A stretch of DNA of 64,000 bases from an uncultured Gammaproteobacteria bacterium (GCA_964523375.1 CAZFYG010000004.1:13652-77651); one strand, 5' to 3'; shown: positions 20,081 to 29,536, counted from the first letter of the stretch. Notes: a model not told the origin generated them from the sequence alone. A program made the numbers and translations.

Positions 20081-20250
20081 TACATCTCTATCATATCAAA
20101 ATCTTCCTTACCAACGCCACACTCAGGACATAACCAATCTTCTGGCACATCTTCCCATTTTGTTCCCGCCTCTATTCCATCTTCAGGCCAACCTAGTGCC
20201 TCATCATATATAAGCCCACATACAATGCATTCCCATTTTTTTAATTCCAT
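20080..20250 (-). CDS. Rubredoxin (56 aa; below the 60-aa cut-off of the ORF track)
   Basis: Hand translation of the minus strand gives [56 protein letters not shown]. It carries both CxxCG knuckles (CIVCG, CPECG) and the conserved aromatic residues. The TAA stop shares 1 nt with the symporter ATG (TAATG). Confidence 0.85.
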   Translation of the reverse strand: MELKKWECIVCGLIYDEALGWPEDGIEAGTKWEDVPEDWLCPECGVGKEDFDMIEM

Positions 20251-20318
20251 AATTAATATCTATTCCAAATGATGATAAAAAGTTCGGAGTATAATATCAG
20301 ATTTACTATGATTACTTA

Positions 20319-20804
20319 ATGAAACTTAAACAAATTTCTCCCTGGACCAACATAAAATCTATAGAATCTAAAGTTGATTCGTCCGTGCTGTCATGGCTTA
20401 AAGAATCAGGCCCAATAACCAAAAGAATAAAATTAGGAAAAAAGTTTGAGCTTAAATTATTAAATGATGAGCTTGATGAAATTTCAAAAGAAGAGCGATT
20501 ATTTCTTGGGTCATCCTCTAAAACTTTTAAAGTTAGAAAAGTAATACTATTTGGGGATGATGCTCCAATTGTCTTTGCCAAATCAGTGATACCAACTTTA
20601 ACTATAGATAAAGGATTGTCCTCTCTTGGCAAAATAGGCAATGCTCCACTTGGCGATATTCTTTTTACTCCTAGTGTTTTTATCAAGCTGGAAATGGTGT
20701 GCGCATCTTTTTTAAGCGAGGAAAGAAATGTTTACTGGGGTAGAAAAATTAAGTACTCGGTAAACTCTGAGCCAATTTCTGTCATGGAAGTGTTTCTGAT
20801 ATGA
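20319..20804 (+). CDS. ubiC: Chorismate pyruvate-lyase
   Basis: Colinear with E. coli UbiC (WL..SG.ITKR; VRKV.L..DD.P.VFAKSV.P; LG.APLGDILF; WGRK). ATGA-coupled to ubiA. Confidence 0.75.
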   Translation: MKLKQISPWTNIKSIESKVDSSVLSWLKESGPITKRIKLGKKFELKLLNDELDEISKEERLFLGSSSKTFKVRKVILFGDDAPIVFAKSVIPTLTIDKGLSSLGKIGNAPLGDILFTPSVFIKLEMVCASFLSEERNVYWGRKIKYSVNSEPISVMEVFLI

Positions 20805-21652
20805 AATTTCTTATGAAATACGTAAGGCTATCCAGACTCGACAAGCCTATTGGTATATATCTTTTGCTATGGCCATCTATGCTTGGCCTTTTGCTCGCAG
20901 CTGTTAACGAAGGATATATCGACTTTGAAAACTATCTAATAGTTATAGCTGGGGCAGTTCTGGTTAGGTCTTGTGGCTGTGTTATAAATGATATAAGTGA
21001 TTATAAGTTTGATAGACTGGTTGAGAGAACGAAAAATAGACCCATTGCATCTGGAGAGATTAGTCTTAAGGAGGCATGGGGGTTTTTTATTGTTCTATCT
21101 ATTGCTTCATTGAGCCTGCTATTAGTGACTCCCGCTCTTACTGTTAAATTAGCATTATCTTTTTCACTTCTTATACTACTTTACCCATTAGCCAAGCGTT
21201 TTACTAAAGCGCCTCAAGTCATCCTAGGTATAACGTTTGGGTCTGGATCAATAATATCCTACTCTCTTCAGTCAGATAGCTTCTCCTTATCTATAATTAT
21301 TTTATACGCTGGACTTGCTGCATGGATTGTTAGCTTTGATAGCATCTATGCATTAGAAGATATTGAGGATGATGCAAAAATTGGAATAAATTCTACTCCA
21401 ATTTTATGGGGCAAAAAAACAGTGCCAATTGCAAATATATTACAACTATCATTTTATGTGGCAATTGCTTTCATTGCTTACCTGAACACTTTTTCGGTTT
21501 TCTTTATAGTAATTTTTAGCTTGCTTCTTGCATTGCTTTACTTTCAAAACAAGCTTATTAAAGCAGGCAGATATATAGATGCTTTTAAATTTAATAATAA
21601 TATTGGTATTGTTTTAGTAATTAGTTTTGTTTTAGAAATATTCTTTATTTAA
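20801..21652 (+). CDS. ubiA: 4-hydroxybenzoate polyprenyltransferase
   Basis: NDISDYKFDRLVERTKNRPIASGE and a second Asp-rich motif YALEDIEDDAKIG. Polytopic membrane protein. Confidence 0.9.
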   Translation: MKFLMKYVRLSRLDKPIGIYLLLWPSMLGLLLAAVNEGYIDFENYLIVIAGAVLVRSCGCVINDISDYKFDRLVERTKNRPIASGEISLKEAWGFFIVLSIASLSLLLVTPALTVKLALSFSLLILLYPLAKRFTKAPQVILGITFGSGSIISYSLQSDSFSLSIIILYAGLAAWIVSFDSIYALEDIEDDAKIGINSTPILWGKKTVPIANILQLSFYVAIAFIAYLNTFSVFFIVIFSLLLALLYFQNKLIKAGRYIDAFKFNNNIGIVLVISFVLEIFFI

Positions 21653-22804
21653 ATGTTAGTAAAGAAAAAATTTATAGAAAAAATCTCTGATCTATCGAAT
21701 ATAGAATTTAAAAATATATCAAAAAAAAATAATTCTCCCTTCATGTCGTATGAATTTTTAGATGCGATTGAAACAAGTGGCTCTGCAAGCCCCTCATCTG
21801 GATGGCGACCCTATCATATGACCACATTTAAAAATGAAGCTCTTAATGGCTTTATGCCACTGTATCTTAAAAACAACAGTCAAGGCGAGTTTGTATTTGA
21901 CCATCAATGGTCTTATGCCCTCCAAAGAGCAAATAGGAAATATTACCCAAAATTTTTATCAGCCATACCTTTCACTCCATGCGAAACATCTAAATTAGTT
22001 GCACCTGATATGGATACTGCATCTGAAATGATTGAAACTGTTAAGGAGGAGATGACCAAGTTAAATATAGAAACATGGCATGTCTTATATCCAGACAAAC
22101 AAACAAAAAATATGCTTAAAAAAAATAATTTTATTGAGCGCTTTGATTACAGGTTTGTTTGGAATAATAGAGACTTTAAAAATTTTGATGATTTTTTAAA
22201 AATTCTAACCTCTAGACAAAGAAAGAATATTAAATCTGAAAGGGGGAAAGTTGAAAAAGAAGGTGTGACCTTTATTACAAAAGATAAGGATTCATTGAGC
22301 GAAGAAGATTGGAATATTTTCTTTAACTTCTATGCGAATACATACAACGAAAGAATGCAAAATCCCTATTTAAATATTGAGTTTTTCAAAAGAATACATC
22401 GAGATAGGGATAATCTTAATCCTGTTATTTTTTTTGCTATTAAAGATAGCAAAACTATTGCAGGTTCGCTTTGCTTTGAAGGTGACGGAATTTTATATGG
22501 AAGGCATTGGGGGTGTAGCGAAAATATACAAAATCTACATTTTGAATGCTGTTATTATCAAGGAATAAAGCACTGCATAGAAAAAAAAATTGCTCTATTT
22601 GATCCTGGAATTCAGGGTGAATACAAGATAAGGAGAGGTTTTGAACCGCGGTTGTCTAGCTCATTGCATTTTGTTCTTCATGAGGATTTTAGAGAAGCAA
22701 TTCAGGACTTTTGTACCGAAGAGAGGCGTTCTGTTGATTCTTATATGCAAGCATGCAGAGAATATACACCAATAAAAAAAGAATATAGAATCATTGAATG
22801 TTAA
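21653..22804 (+). CDS. DUF482/FemAB-like (COG3146) GNAT-fold protein
   Basis: SPFMSYEFLDAIETSGSAS..GWRPYH, YYPKFLSAIPFTP and ILYGRHWGC resemble the family as I remember it. Not verified by search. Confidence 0.55.
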   Translation: MLVKKKFIEKISDLSNIEFKNISKKNNSPFMSYEFLDAIETSGSASPSSGWRPYHMTTFKNEALNGFMPLYLKNNSQGEFVFDHQWSYALQRANRKYYPKFLSAIPFTPCETSKLVAPDMDTASEMIETVKEEMTKLNIETWHVLYPDKQTKNMLKKNNFIERFDYRFVWNNRDFKNFDDFLKILTSRQRKNIKSERGKVEKEGVTFITKDKDSLSEEDWNIFFNFYANTYNERMQNPYLNIEFFKRIHRDRDNLNPVIFFAIKDSKTIAGSLCFEGDGILYGRHWGCSENIQNLHFECCYYQGIKHCIEKKIALFDPGIQGEYKIRRGFEPRLSSSLHFVLHEDFREAIQDFCTEERRSVDSYMQACREYTPIKKEYRIIEC

Positions 22805-23244
22805 AAAACCTTCCTAAAACATCCCACAATCAGCTTGTATGTGAAGCAAATTTTTTGAGGTTGCGAAGATTGTTAAGAGGTTTTGAAGAAATAGAGTATC
22901 TTTTTGAAGGAGTTAATCCTGATTCAAGTAAACAAAATATAAGCTTTCTGATTTTAGATAAAACAAAACATACCGTAATTATCGAGGCTAAGCAGTCAAG
23001 CTTAAAACATAAGGGTATTAATAATTTTATTTGTAGAATAAGAATAAGTCTTGATGCGCGTTTGGCAGAAGCAATATCTTATCAAGGTGAAAGAGCATTA
23101 CCTGGTTTTTTAGTAAATTCACAAACACAGTCATATGACGAGAAGGAGCAGCAAAATAGATTCTTGACTGAATGGCTTGAAAGTATATTTATTACAGGAA
23201 TTGCTTCGACCAAAGAGATTGAAAATTTAATTAAGAATGACTAA
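22798..23244 (+). CDS. DUF1249 (YqiB-like) protein
   Basis: The size (148 aa) and the position immediately upstream of yqiA match the E. coli yqiB-(cpdA)-yqiA arrangement. Sequence-level assignment is from memory only. Confidence 0.45.
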   Translation: MLKNLPKTSHNQLVCEANFLRLRRLLRGFEEIEYLFEGVNPDSSKQNISFLILDKTKHTVIIEAKQSSLKHKGINNFICRIRISLDARLAEAISYQGERALPGFLVNSQTQSYDEKEQQNRFLTEWLESIFITGIASTKEIENLIKND

Positions 23245-23809
23245 AAATATTTTTTATTTTCATGGATTTAAATCATCTTCGGATTCAAATAAGGCTAAAA
23301 TTTTTAAGCGTTTTTTAAAAGATAATTCTAAAACTACAAAAATTTTCGTCCCAGATCTTAAAAATAAATTTGAAGAAGCTATCAAACAAATACAAACCCT
23401 TGTTGATGGCGCTGATGGCGAAATTATGTTTGCTGGAAGTTCCCTAGGCGGTTACTACGCAACGATTTTTGCTGAAAAATATAATTCAAAGGCTATATTA
23501 ATAAATCCAGCTGTTTACCCCCTAAAAGATTTTGAAGAACATCTTGGTGAGAATATAAATTATTCTACTGAAGATAAATTTCTTATTAAACAGAATGATA
23601 TAGATTTTCTTCGCTCTCTTTATTCTACTAAGATAAGTTCTCCAGATAATTTCCTGGTACTTCTTGAATCAGATGACGAAATTCTTAATTATCTTGAAAC
23701 AGTATCCTTTTATGAGGGATCTTATATAGATATATCATTTGGTGGAGACCACTCCTATTCATCTCTTGAAAAAAAGCTTAGCCTTATTCAATCCTTCCTA
23801 GACTTGTAA
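23237..23809 (+). CDS. yqiA: Esterase YqiA (alpha/beta hydrolase)
   Basis: FYFHGFKSSSDSNKA, nucleophile elbow GSSLGGYYA, LINPAV and C-terminal GGDHSY are colinear with E. coli YqiA. Confidence 0.7.
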   Translation: MTKNIFYFHGFKSSSDSNKAKIFKRFLKDNSKTTKIFVPDLKNKFEEAIKQIQTLVDGADGEIMFAGSSLGGYYATIFAEKYNSKAILINPAVYPLKDFEEHLGENINYSTEDKFLIKQNDIDFLRSLYSTKISSPDNFLVLLESDDEILNYLETVSFYEGSYIDISFGGDHSYSSLEKKLSLIQSFLDL

Positions 23810-23865
23810 TTTACGCACTATTATTGATCATTAAGCTTCAATTTGCTCTTATTTAGTGCATAATA

Positions 23866-23882
23866 AGCACAATTTTAGTGCA
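23866..23882. promoter_or_regulatory. Candidate NtrC (enhancer-binding protein) dyad site
   Basis: AGCACAATTTTAGTGCA fits the GCAC-N7-GTGC dyad of the enteric NtrC consensus TGCACCA-N3-TGGTGCA. It lies 18 nt upstream of the sigma-54-like element. A weaker copy, CGCACTATTATTGATCA, sits at 23814-23830. Confidence 0.4.
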
Positions 23883-23899
23883 AAAATATATAATTTATT

Positions 23900-23915
23900 T
23901 GGTATTGATATTGCA
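23900..23915 (+). promoter_or_regulatory. Candidate sigma-54 (-24/-12) promoter of glnII
   Basis: TGGTATTGATATTGCA has GG-N10-GC spacing and matches 9 of 12 specified positions of TGGCACG-N4-TTGCW. It ends 37 nt before the glnII ATG, which is preceded by an AGGAG Shine-Dalgarno. Confidence 0.5.
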
Positions 23916-23952
23916 TATTAATATTTAAGAAACATTAATTATAGGAGATAGA

Positions 23953-24933
23953 ATGACAGGTTATAAAACGTATGAGTATGTTTGGTTAGATGGCTATAAG
24001 CCAGAATCATCCATGAGAAGCAAAGTTAAGGCAACGGATGCAGACACTCCGCCTGATTGGTCCTTTGATGGATCATCAACTCAGCAAGCGGAGGGCGGAA
24101 GTTCTGATTGCTTATTAATACCAGTTCAAACATATTCAAACCCTCATGGGCACGATATAGTTATGACTCAAGTTCAGTCAGCAGATCACACTACACACCC
24201 ATCAAACTATAGAGCAGAGGCTGAGGCTTTGGTAACTGATGAGTGGTGGTTTGGGTTTGAGCAAGAATTCTTTCTTACTGATCCTGAAACTGGCGAACCA
24301 TTGGGATGGGAAAACGGAGAACCAAGAGGCCAAGGAGACTTTTATTGTGGAGTAGGTGCAGGTAATGTTGTTGGAAGAGAGATTTCTGATGCGCATCTTC
24401 AAGCCTGCCTTGATCTTGGCATCACGCTAACTGGCACAAATGCCGAAGTGGCTCTAGGTCAATGGGAGTACCAATGTCTGGGTAAAGGGATAAAGGCTGC
24501 TGATGATTTATGGGTTAGCAGGTATATGCTTTACAAGATTGCAGAAGAATTTGGAGTTGGAGTAAATATCCACCCTAAGCCTAAAACAGGTGATTGGAAT
24601 GGGTCTGGTATGCATACAAACTTTTCTAATGAGGAAATGAGATCTAACGGCTCTGAGGCTCTTTTCAATGGTATGTGTGAAAAACTTGGCAAAGTTCATG
24701 CAGATGGCATTAATGCATATGGGTCTGATAATCATATGAGACTTACAGGGCTTCATGAGACGCAAAGCATTGATCAATTTTCATATGGAGTAAGTGATAG
24801 AGGTGCTAGTATTCGTATACCGGTTTACACAGTTGAGCATAACTGGAATGGCTACCTAGAAGACAGAAGACCTGCATCAAATGCAGATCCTTATAAAATT
24901 CTTTCACATTTAGTTGGAACTCTTAATAAATAA
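23953..24933 (+). CDS. glnII: Glutamine synthetase type II (GlnII, eukaryote-like GS)
   Basis: 326 aa, colinear with rhizobial GlnII. Motifs: YEYVWLDGY, WSFDGSSTQQAEGGSSDC, FGFEQEFF, NAEVALGQWEYQ, DWNGSGMHTNFS, RLTGLHET, VSDRGASIRIP and YLEDRRPASNADPY. Confidence 0.85.
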   Translation: MTGYKTYEYVWLDGYKPESSMRSKVKATDADTPPDWSFDGSSTQQAEGGSSDCLLIPVQTYSNPHGHDIVMTQVQSADHTTHPSNYRAEAEALVTDEWWFGFEQEFFLTDPETGEPLGWENGEPRGQGDFYCGVGAGNVVGREISDAHLQACLDLGITLTGTNAEVALGQWEYQCLGKGIKAADDLWVSRYMLYKIAEEFGVGVNIHPKPKTGDWNGSGMHTNFSNEEMRSNGSEALFNGMCEKLGKVHADGINAYGSDNHMRLTGLHETQSIDQFSYGVSDRGASIRIPVYTVEHNWNGYLEDRRPASNADPYKILSHLVGTLNK

Positions 24934-24943
24934 ATCAAATTTC

Positions 24944-24972
24944 CGACTCCTCGAAAGAGGAGTCGTTTTTTT
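24944..24972 (+). terminator. Rho-independent terminator after glnII
   Basis: 9-bp perfect stem cgactcctc/gaggagtcg with a GAAA tetraloop, followed by T7. It ends 5 nt before the ntrB ATG. Confidence 0.8.
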
Positions 24973-24977
24973 CACTC

Positions 24978-26054
24978 ATGATTGATACAGAACACCTTCA
25001 TACATCAATACTTAATCAGATCTCATCTGAAATAATAATTCTTGATAAAAATCTTAACTGCCTTTGGATTAACGAGTCTGCACTTAATAATGGATGGTCT
25101 AATTGCCAAGATAGCTCTATAGGAATCCAATATCCCGAGGAGCTAAATTCTGCATTATTTAATTTGTTAAGAAAGTCTCAAGATGAGGAAAGTTCTTTTT
25201 CGAAACGTGACATGGAGATTGCTAATAAGGTTAAAGAAAAAAGAATCATAGATTTAACTGTTTCTTATAATAATGAAAATAGCCACATAATCCTTGAAGT
25301 AAAATGCGTAGATAGTATAAATAAAATAATTGATTCAACTAAAATATTTTCTACCCAAAAAATAGCTGCAAACCTTGCTAGAACACTAGCTCATGAAGTT
25401 AAAAACCCCTTATCAGGAATTAAAGGCAGCGCACAAATATTATCTAAAAAGCTTGAGGATGACTATTCAAAAAAATTCCTCAAAATAATTATTGAGGAAA
25501 CCGATAGGTTGAATGGTATCGTTACAAAAATTCTTACCCCCCCTCAGAAGCCAAACCAAGAAAAATTTAACATTCATTCAGCCTTAGAAAAGGTTTATGC
25601 GCTTGCAGATGCTGACATATCCCCAAGTTTAAAACTTAGAAGAGATTATGATCCTAGTATTCCAGAATTAATTGGAGATGAAGATTTATTTATCCAAGCA
25701 ATTTTAAATATAGTTAAAAATGCTCAACAGGCCTTGGGCGAAATGGCTAATGCAGAGATAAGAATAAAGTCCAGAGTTCAATATAGTCAACCTGTAAATG
25801 GAATAATGCATCTAACAGTTTGCTGTATTGAGATCATAGACAATGGTCCTGGCATCCCAGAAGAAATTCAAGAGCATGTATTTTTTCCTATGATCTCCTC
25901 TAAAGAAGATGGATCAGGGCTAGGCCTTTCAATAGCACAAGATATTATAAGAGTTCACGGTGGTGGCATATCTTTTACTTCAAAGCCAGGAAAGACTGCT
26001 TTTTCAATTCAAATACCATTAAATATAAAAAACATCGGAGAAGAAAGTGCATAA
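24978..26054 (+). CDS. ntrB: Nitrogen regulation sensor histidine kinase NtrB
   Basis: H-box LAHEVKNPLSGIKGSAQIL, N-box IVKNAQQAL and G-boxes DNGPGIPEE / GSGLGLSIA. Sits upstream of ntrC. Confidence 0.85.
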   Translation: MIDTEHLHTSILNQISSEIIILDKNLNCLWINESALNNGWSNCQDSSIGIQYPEELNSALFNLLRKSQDEESSFSKRDMEIANKVKEKRIIDLTVSYNNENSHIILEVKCVDSINKIIDSTKIFSTQKIAANLARTLAHEVKNPLSGIKGSAQILSKKLEDDYSKKFLKIIIEETDRLNGIVTKILTPPQKPNQEKFNIHSALEKVYALADADISPSLKLRRDYDPSIPELIGDEDLFIQAILNIVKNAQQALGEMANAEIRIKSRVQYSQPVNGIMHLTVCCIEIIDNGPGIPEEIQEHVFFPMISSKEDGSGLGLSIAQDIIRVHGGGISFTSKPGKTAFSIQIPLNIKNIGEESA

Positions 26055-27426
26055 AGTTTGGTTAGCAGATGATGATGAAGCAATTAGGATTGTGCTTGAA
26101 GAAAGTTTAAGAGATGCTGGATTTGATATAAGAACTTTTGAGACAGCAACTGATCTTATTGAAAATCTAGCAAATGAAAAGCCAGATCTAATTCTTACAG
26201 ATGTCCAGATGCCTGGCATGCATGGATATGATTTGCTTAAACACATTAATAACAACTTTTCTGATCTCCCTGTGATAATTATGACCGCTTTTGCTGACAT
26301 GCAAGCAGCTATTGATTCATATGGAAGTGGAGCTTTTGAATATATACCGAAACCATTTGATTTAAATGAAACTATTCAAATTATTAGGAGAGCTCTTGAG
26401 AAGAAACCGTCAACAAAAGGTCTTAAGTCTGCACCAAAAACCGACATAATTGGAAAAGCTCAGTCAATGCAAATAGTCTTTAGGGCTATTGGCAAGCTTT
26501 CCAATACAAATGCTACGGTTTTGGTTCAAGGTGAATCAGGGACCGGTAAAGAGTTAATTGCTAAATCACTCCATAAGAATAGTCCTCGCCATGATATGCC
26601 ATTTATTGCTTTAAATATGGCAGATATTCCAAAAGAGCTTGTTGAATCTGAGCTATTTGGTCATGAGAAAGGAGCATTCACAGGTGCTGTAGACAGAAGG
26701 CTGGGAAGATTTGAGCAAGCAAATGGAGGGACATTGTTCTTAGATGAAATTGGAGACATGCCCTTAGATTCACAAACAAGATTATTAAGGGTTCTATCTA
26801 ACAAGGAGTTTTATAGAGTTGGAGGTGATAAACCAATTAAAGTGGATGTAAGAATAATCGCTGCAACCCACCAAAATCTTCATAATCTAGTTTCACAAAC
26901 AAAATTCAGGGAGGACCTCTTCTACAGATTAAATGTAATAAAAGTTGATGTACCTCCGCTTCGTGAACGAATGGATGATATAGAAATATTAGCTAAGTAT
27001 TTTTTAAAGCAAAATTCTGACTCTCTTGGCGAAGAATTAAGGGTTCTATCGAAAGAATCTATTGAAGTGTTGCGAAAGTACAAGTGGCCTGGAAACGTAA
27101 GGCAGCTTGAAAATACATGTTATTGGTTAACACTTATGAGCCCTACACAAAATGTACAACCAGTAGATCTACCAAATGAAATTATTCAAGCAGAGCCTTA
27201 TGAAAATACTATTACGTCCAGTTGGGAAGATGGCTTTTCCTTGTGGTTAAAAAATTTAATAGAAAACAATGAAAGTGGGCTCTTGGACACTATAAATCCA
27301 AAGATTGAAAAAATGCTTATAAAGCTAGTGTTAGAGAAAACAAATGGAAAGAAGAATGATGCTGCAAATATTTTAGGCTTAGGAAGAAATACTCTTGCAA
27401 AAAAAATAAAGGAACTTGGTATATAG
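26047..27426 (+). CDS. ntrC: Nitrogen regulation response regulator NtrC (sigma-54 activator)
   Basis: Receiver domain (DDDEAIR...[11 protein letters not shown]). AAA+ domain with GESGTGKE, the GAFTGA loop (HEKGAFTGA) and FLDEIGDM. C-terminal Fis-type HTH. GTG start overlaps the ntrB end by 8 nt. Confidence 0.9.
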   Translation: MHKVWLADDDEAIRIVLEESLRDAGFDIRTFETATDLIENLANEKPDLILTDVQMPGMHGYDLLKHINNNFSDLPVIIMTAFADMQAAIDSYGSGAFEYIPKPFDLNETIQIIRRALEKKPSTKGLKSAPKTDIIGKAQSMQIVFRAIGKLSNTNATVLVQGESGTGKELIAKSLHKNSPRHDMPFIALNMADIPKELVESELFGHEKGAFTGAVDRRLGRFEQANGGTLFLDEIGDMPLDSQTRLLRVLSNKEFYRVGGDKPIKVDVRIIAATHQNLHNLVSQTKFREDLFYRLNVIKVDVPPLRERMDDIEILAKYFLKQNSDSLGEELRVLSKESIEVLRKYKWPGNVRQLENTCYWLTLMSPTQNVQPVDLPNEIIQAEPYENTITSSWEDGFSLWLKNLIENNESGLLDTINPKIEKMLIKLVLEKTNGKKNDAANILGLGRNTLAKKIKELGI

Positions 27427-27429
27427 CTG

Positions 27430-27840
27430 CTAAATTAGGGGGAGGCTATTGTGTCTCCACTCAGATATTCCACCACTAAGTATTAAAGAGTTTTTAAACC
27501 CTGATTTTTGGAGCATCTCGCCAGCATTACCTGCTTGATTTCCCATTTCACAAACTAGAATTATTGATAAATTATTCTTATTGGGTAATTCATGATGTCT
27601 TTTTTCAAAATCAGCAAATGGTATATTGACAGCTCCAGCAATATGACCAGCATTAAACTCATCTGACTTTCTAATATCAACAAGCTTTGCAAGGCCTTTG
27701 TTATTAAGGTTAATTAGCTCATGGGTTGAAATTTTTTTACCACCTTTTTTTGAAAGAGAAGATAAGAAAAGACTAATAAAAATAACTAATGGAATGGTAA
27801 GAAACCACTGCTCATATAAAAATGAAAAAAACTCTAACAT
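27430..27840 (-). CDS. Membrane-anchored rhodanese-domain protein
   Basis: An N-terminal hydrophobic helix is followed by a rhodanese-like domain (DIRKSDEFNAGHIAGAVNIP; active-site-like loop CEMGNQAG). Confidence 0.65.
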   Translation of the reverse strand: MLEFFSFLYEQWFLTIPLVIFISLFLSSLSKKGGKKISTHELINLNNKGLAKLVDIRKSDEFNAGHIAGAVNIPFADFEKRHHELPNKNNLSIILVCEMGNQAGNAGEMLQKSGFKNSLILSGGISEWRHNSLPLI

Positions 27841-27893
27841 CTAACCATTATCTATTAAAATATATATAAGTTGTATCTTATTATTATTAAATT

Positions 27894-28514
27894 ATGAAAA
27901 AAAGACACCTTGTACTAGTTAGGCATGGCCAAAGTGAATGGAATGCAAAAAATTTGTTTACCGGCTGGAAGGATCCTGGTCTTACGGACGAAGGTATTAA
28001 AGAAGCCTCGGTAGCTGGAAGTTCTATAAAATCAGAAAATATTTTTTTTGATGAAATGTTCACATCAGAACTTAAACGAGCACAAATAACTGGGAAAATA
28101 ATTCTTGAAGCAGTTAATCAATTAGAAATTCCTATTAATAAAAATATAGCATTGAATGAAAGAAACTACGGGAGTCTTGCTGGCTTAAATAAAGATGATG
28201 CTAGAAAAAAATGGGGTGAAGAACAAGTTCATATATGGAGAAGGTCTTTTGACATCCCTCCTCCAGACGGGGAAAGTTTAAAGAATACTGCTGAAAGAGT
28301 TCTCCCATATTTTAACGAAGAAATTCTGCCTAAAGTTATAAATGGTTCAAATATTCTTATCGCTGCTCATGGCAACTCATTGAGGTCTCTTATAATGCAA
28401 CTAGATAATATTAGCGAGGCTGACATTGTAAATTTAGAAATACCGACAGGGGCTCCTATTAAGTATATTTTTAATGAGGATGGGTCTATTCTAGAAAAAA
28501 TAAACCTCTACTAA
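27894..28514 (+). CDS. gpmA: 2,3-bisphosphoglycerate-dependent phosphoglycerate mutase (short form)
   Basis: LVLVRHGQSEWN, catalytic RHG, and HGNSLRSL. Confidence 0.85.
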   Translation: MKKRHLVLVRHGQSEWNAKNLFTGWKDPGLTDEGIKEASVAGSSIKSENIFFDEMFTSELKRAQITGKIILEAVNQLEIPINKNIALNERNYGSLAGLNKDDARKKWGEEQVHIWRRSFDIPPPDGESLKNTAERVLPYFNEEILPKVINGSNILIAAHGNSLRSLIMQLDNISEADIVNLEIPTGAPIKYIFNEDGSILEKINLY

Positions 28515-28531
28515 AAAAAGCTTTTTTTATT

Positions 28532-29536
28532 TTGAGTAATACATTCTCCAAGAAAATAATAGATTGGTACCTTCTAAAAGGAAGAAGTGGATTGCCTTGG
28601 AGAAATGATATAACTCCATACAGGATATGGATTTCTGAAGTAATGTTGCAGCAAACTCAGGTTAAAACAGTAATACCTTACTTCAATAAATTTATATCTA
28701 AGTATCCAAATATTAAATCAATTAGCAAAGCATCTGAAGGTGATATTCTGGCATTGTGGTCGGGCCTAGGCTTTTATAGAAGAGCTCAAAATATATTTAA
28801 AGCGAAAGAAGTTATAAGCAATGATTTTGGTAATATATTTCCAAATAAATTTGAAGAAATAAATAGCCTCCCTGGCGTGGGAAAATCTACAGCCGGCGCA
28901 ATTATGGCAATTGCATACAATCAATCATATCCAATCTTAGATGCAAATGTTAAACGTGTTGTATCTAGATATTCTGGGATTAGCGCTGACTCTAAATCGC
29001 AGCTAGATAAGATGCTTTGGTTAGAATCTGCAAAGTTGAAGCCTGATAGTAGAATATTTGAATACACACAGGGAATTATGGACCTTGGTGCAACTGTATG
29101 CTCTGCAAAAAATGCGGACTGTAATATATGCCCTTTAAATAAAAAATGTAAATCAGCATTTACCATTTTTAAGAAGGAGGTAGCTCCATCCAAATCAAAA
29201 CAATTAAAGAAGGAGAAGATGCAGTTTGATCTTGCATTTACAGCGGAGAAAATGCTTTTGATCAAAAGAAATGAAAAAAGGTTTTGGCAGTCTCTATGGG
29301 TTCCGATTGAAATAAATAATGCAATCTTTATTGACCACAGTAAAGCAAAAAGTATTCGCAAGATAAATTTAACCCACAAACTATCTCATCTTGAATTATT
29401 AATTAATATCTCGCTGCTAGAGTATGAGCAGCCATTTGATGTTAAATCAAATTCTGAGTTTTGCTGGATTAATAAAAAGGATATAGATAACATTGGAGTT
29501 CCTAAACCTATAAAAGATATACTTCTAACCCTATGA
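28532..29536 (+). CDS. mutY: A/G-specific adenine DNA glycosylase
   Basis: LPWR, VSEVMLQQTQV, HhH-GPD LPGVGKSTAGAIMAIA and the 4Fe-4S cluster loop CSAKNADCNICPLNKKC. TTG start. Conserved mutY-yggX pairing. Confidence 0.85.
   Translation: MSNTFSKKIIDWYLLKGRSGLPWRNDITPYRIWISEVMLQQTQVKTVIPYFNKFISKYPNIKSISKASEGDILALWSGLGFYRRAQNIFKAKEVISNDFGNIFPNKFEEINSLPGVGKSTAGAIMAIAYNQSYPILDANVKRVVSRYSGISADSKSQLDKMLWLESAKLKPDSRIFEYTQGIMDLGATVCSAKNADCNICPLNKKCKSAFTIFKKEVAPSKSKQLKKEKMQFDLAFTAEKMLLIKRNEKRFWQSLWVPIEINNAIFIDHSKAKSIRKINLTHKLSHLELLINISLLEYEQPFDVKSNSEFCWINKKDIDNIGVPKPIKDILLTL

Noticed and set aside
20312-20686. 124-aa minus-strand ORF
   Set aside because: Antisense to ubiC, which aligns with E. coli UbiC and is ATGA-coupled to ubiA.
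28511-28530. A7-GC-T7 palindrome (aaaaaaagcttttttt) between gpmA and mutY as a terminator
   Set aside because: The stem would be A:T only apart from one central G:C pair, with no loop. It is unlikely to act as an intrinsic terminator and is probably just AT-rich spacer.
28921-29379. 152-aa minus-strand ORF
   Set aside because: Antisense to mutY, which carries the HhH-GPD motif and the Fe-S cluster loop. No independent support.
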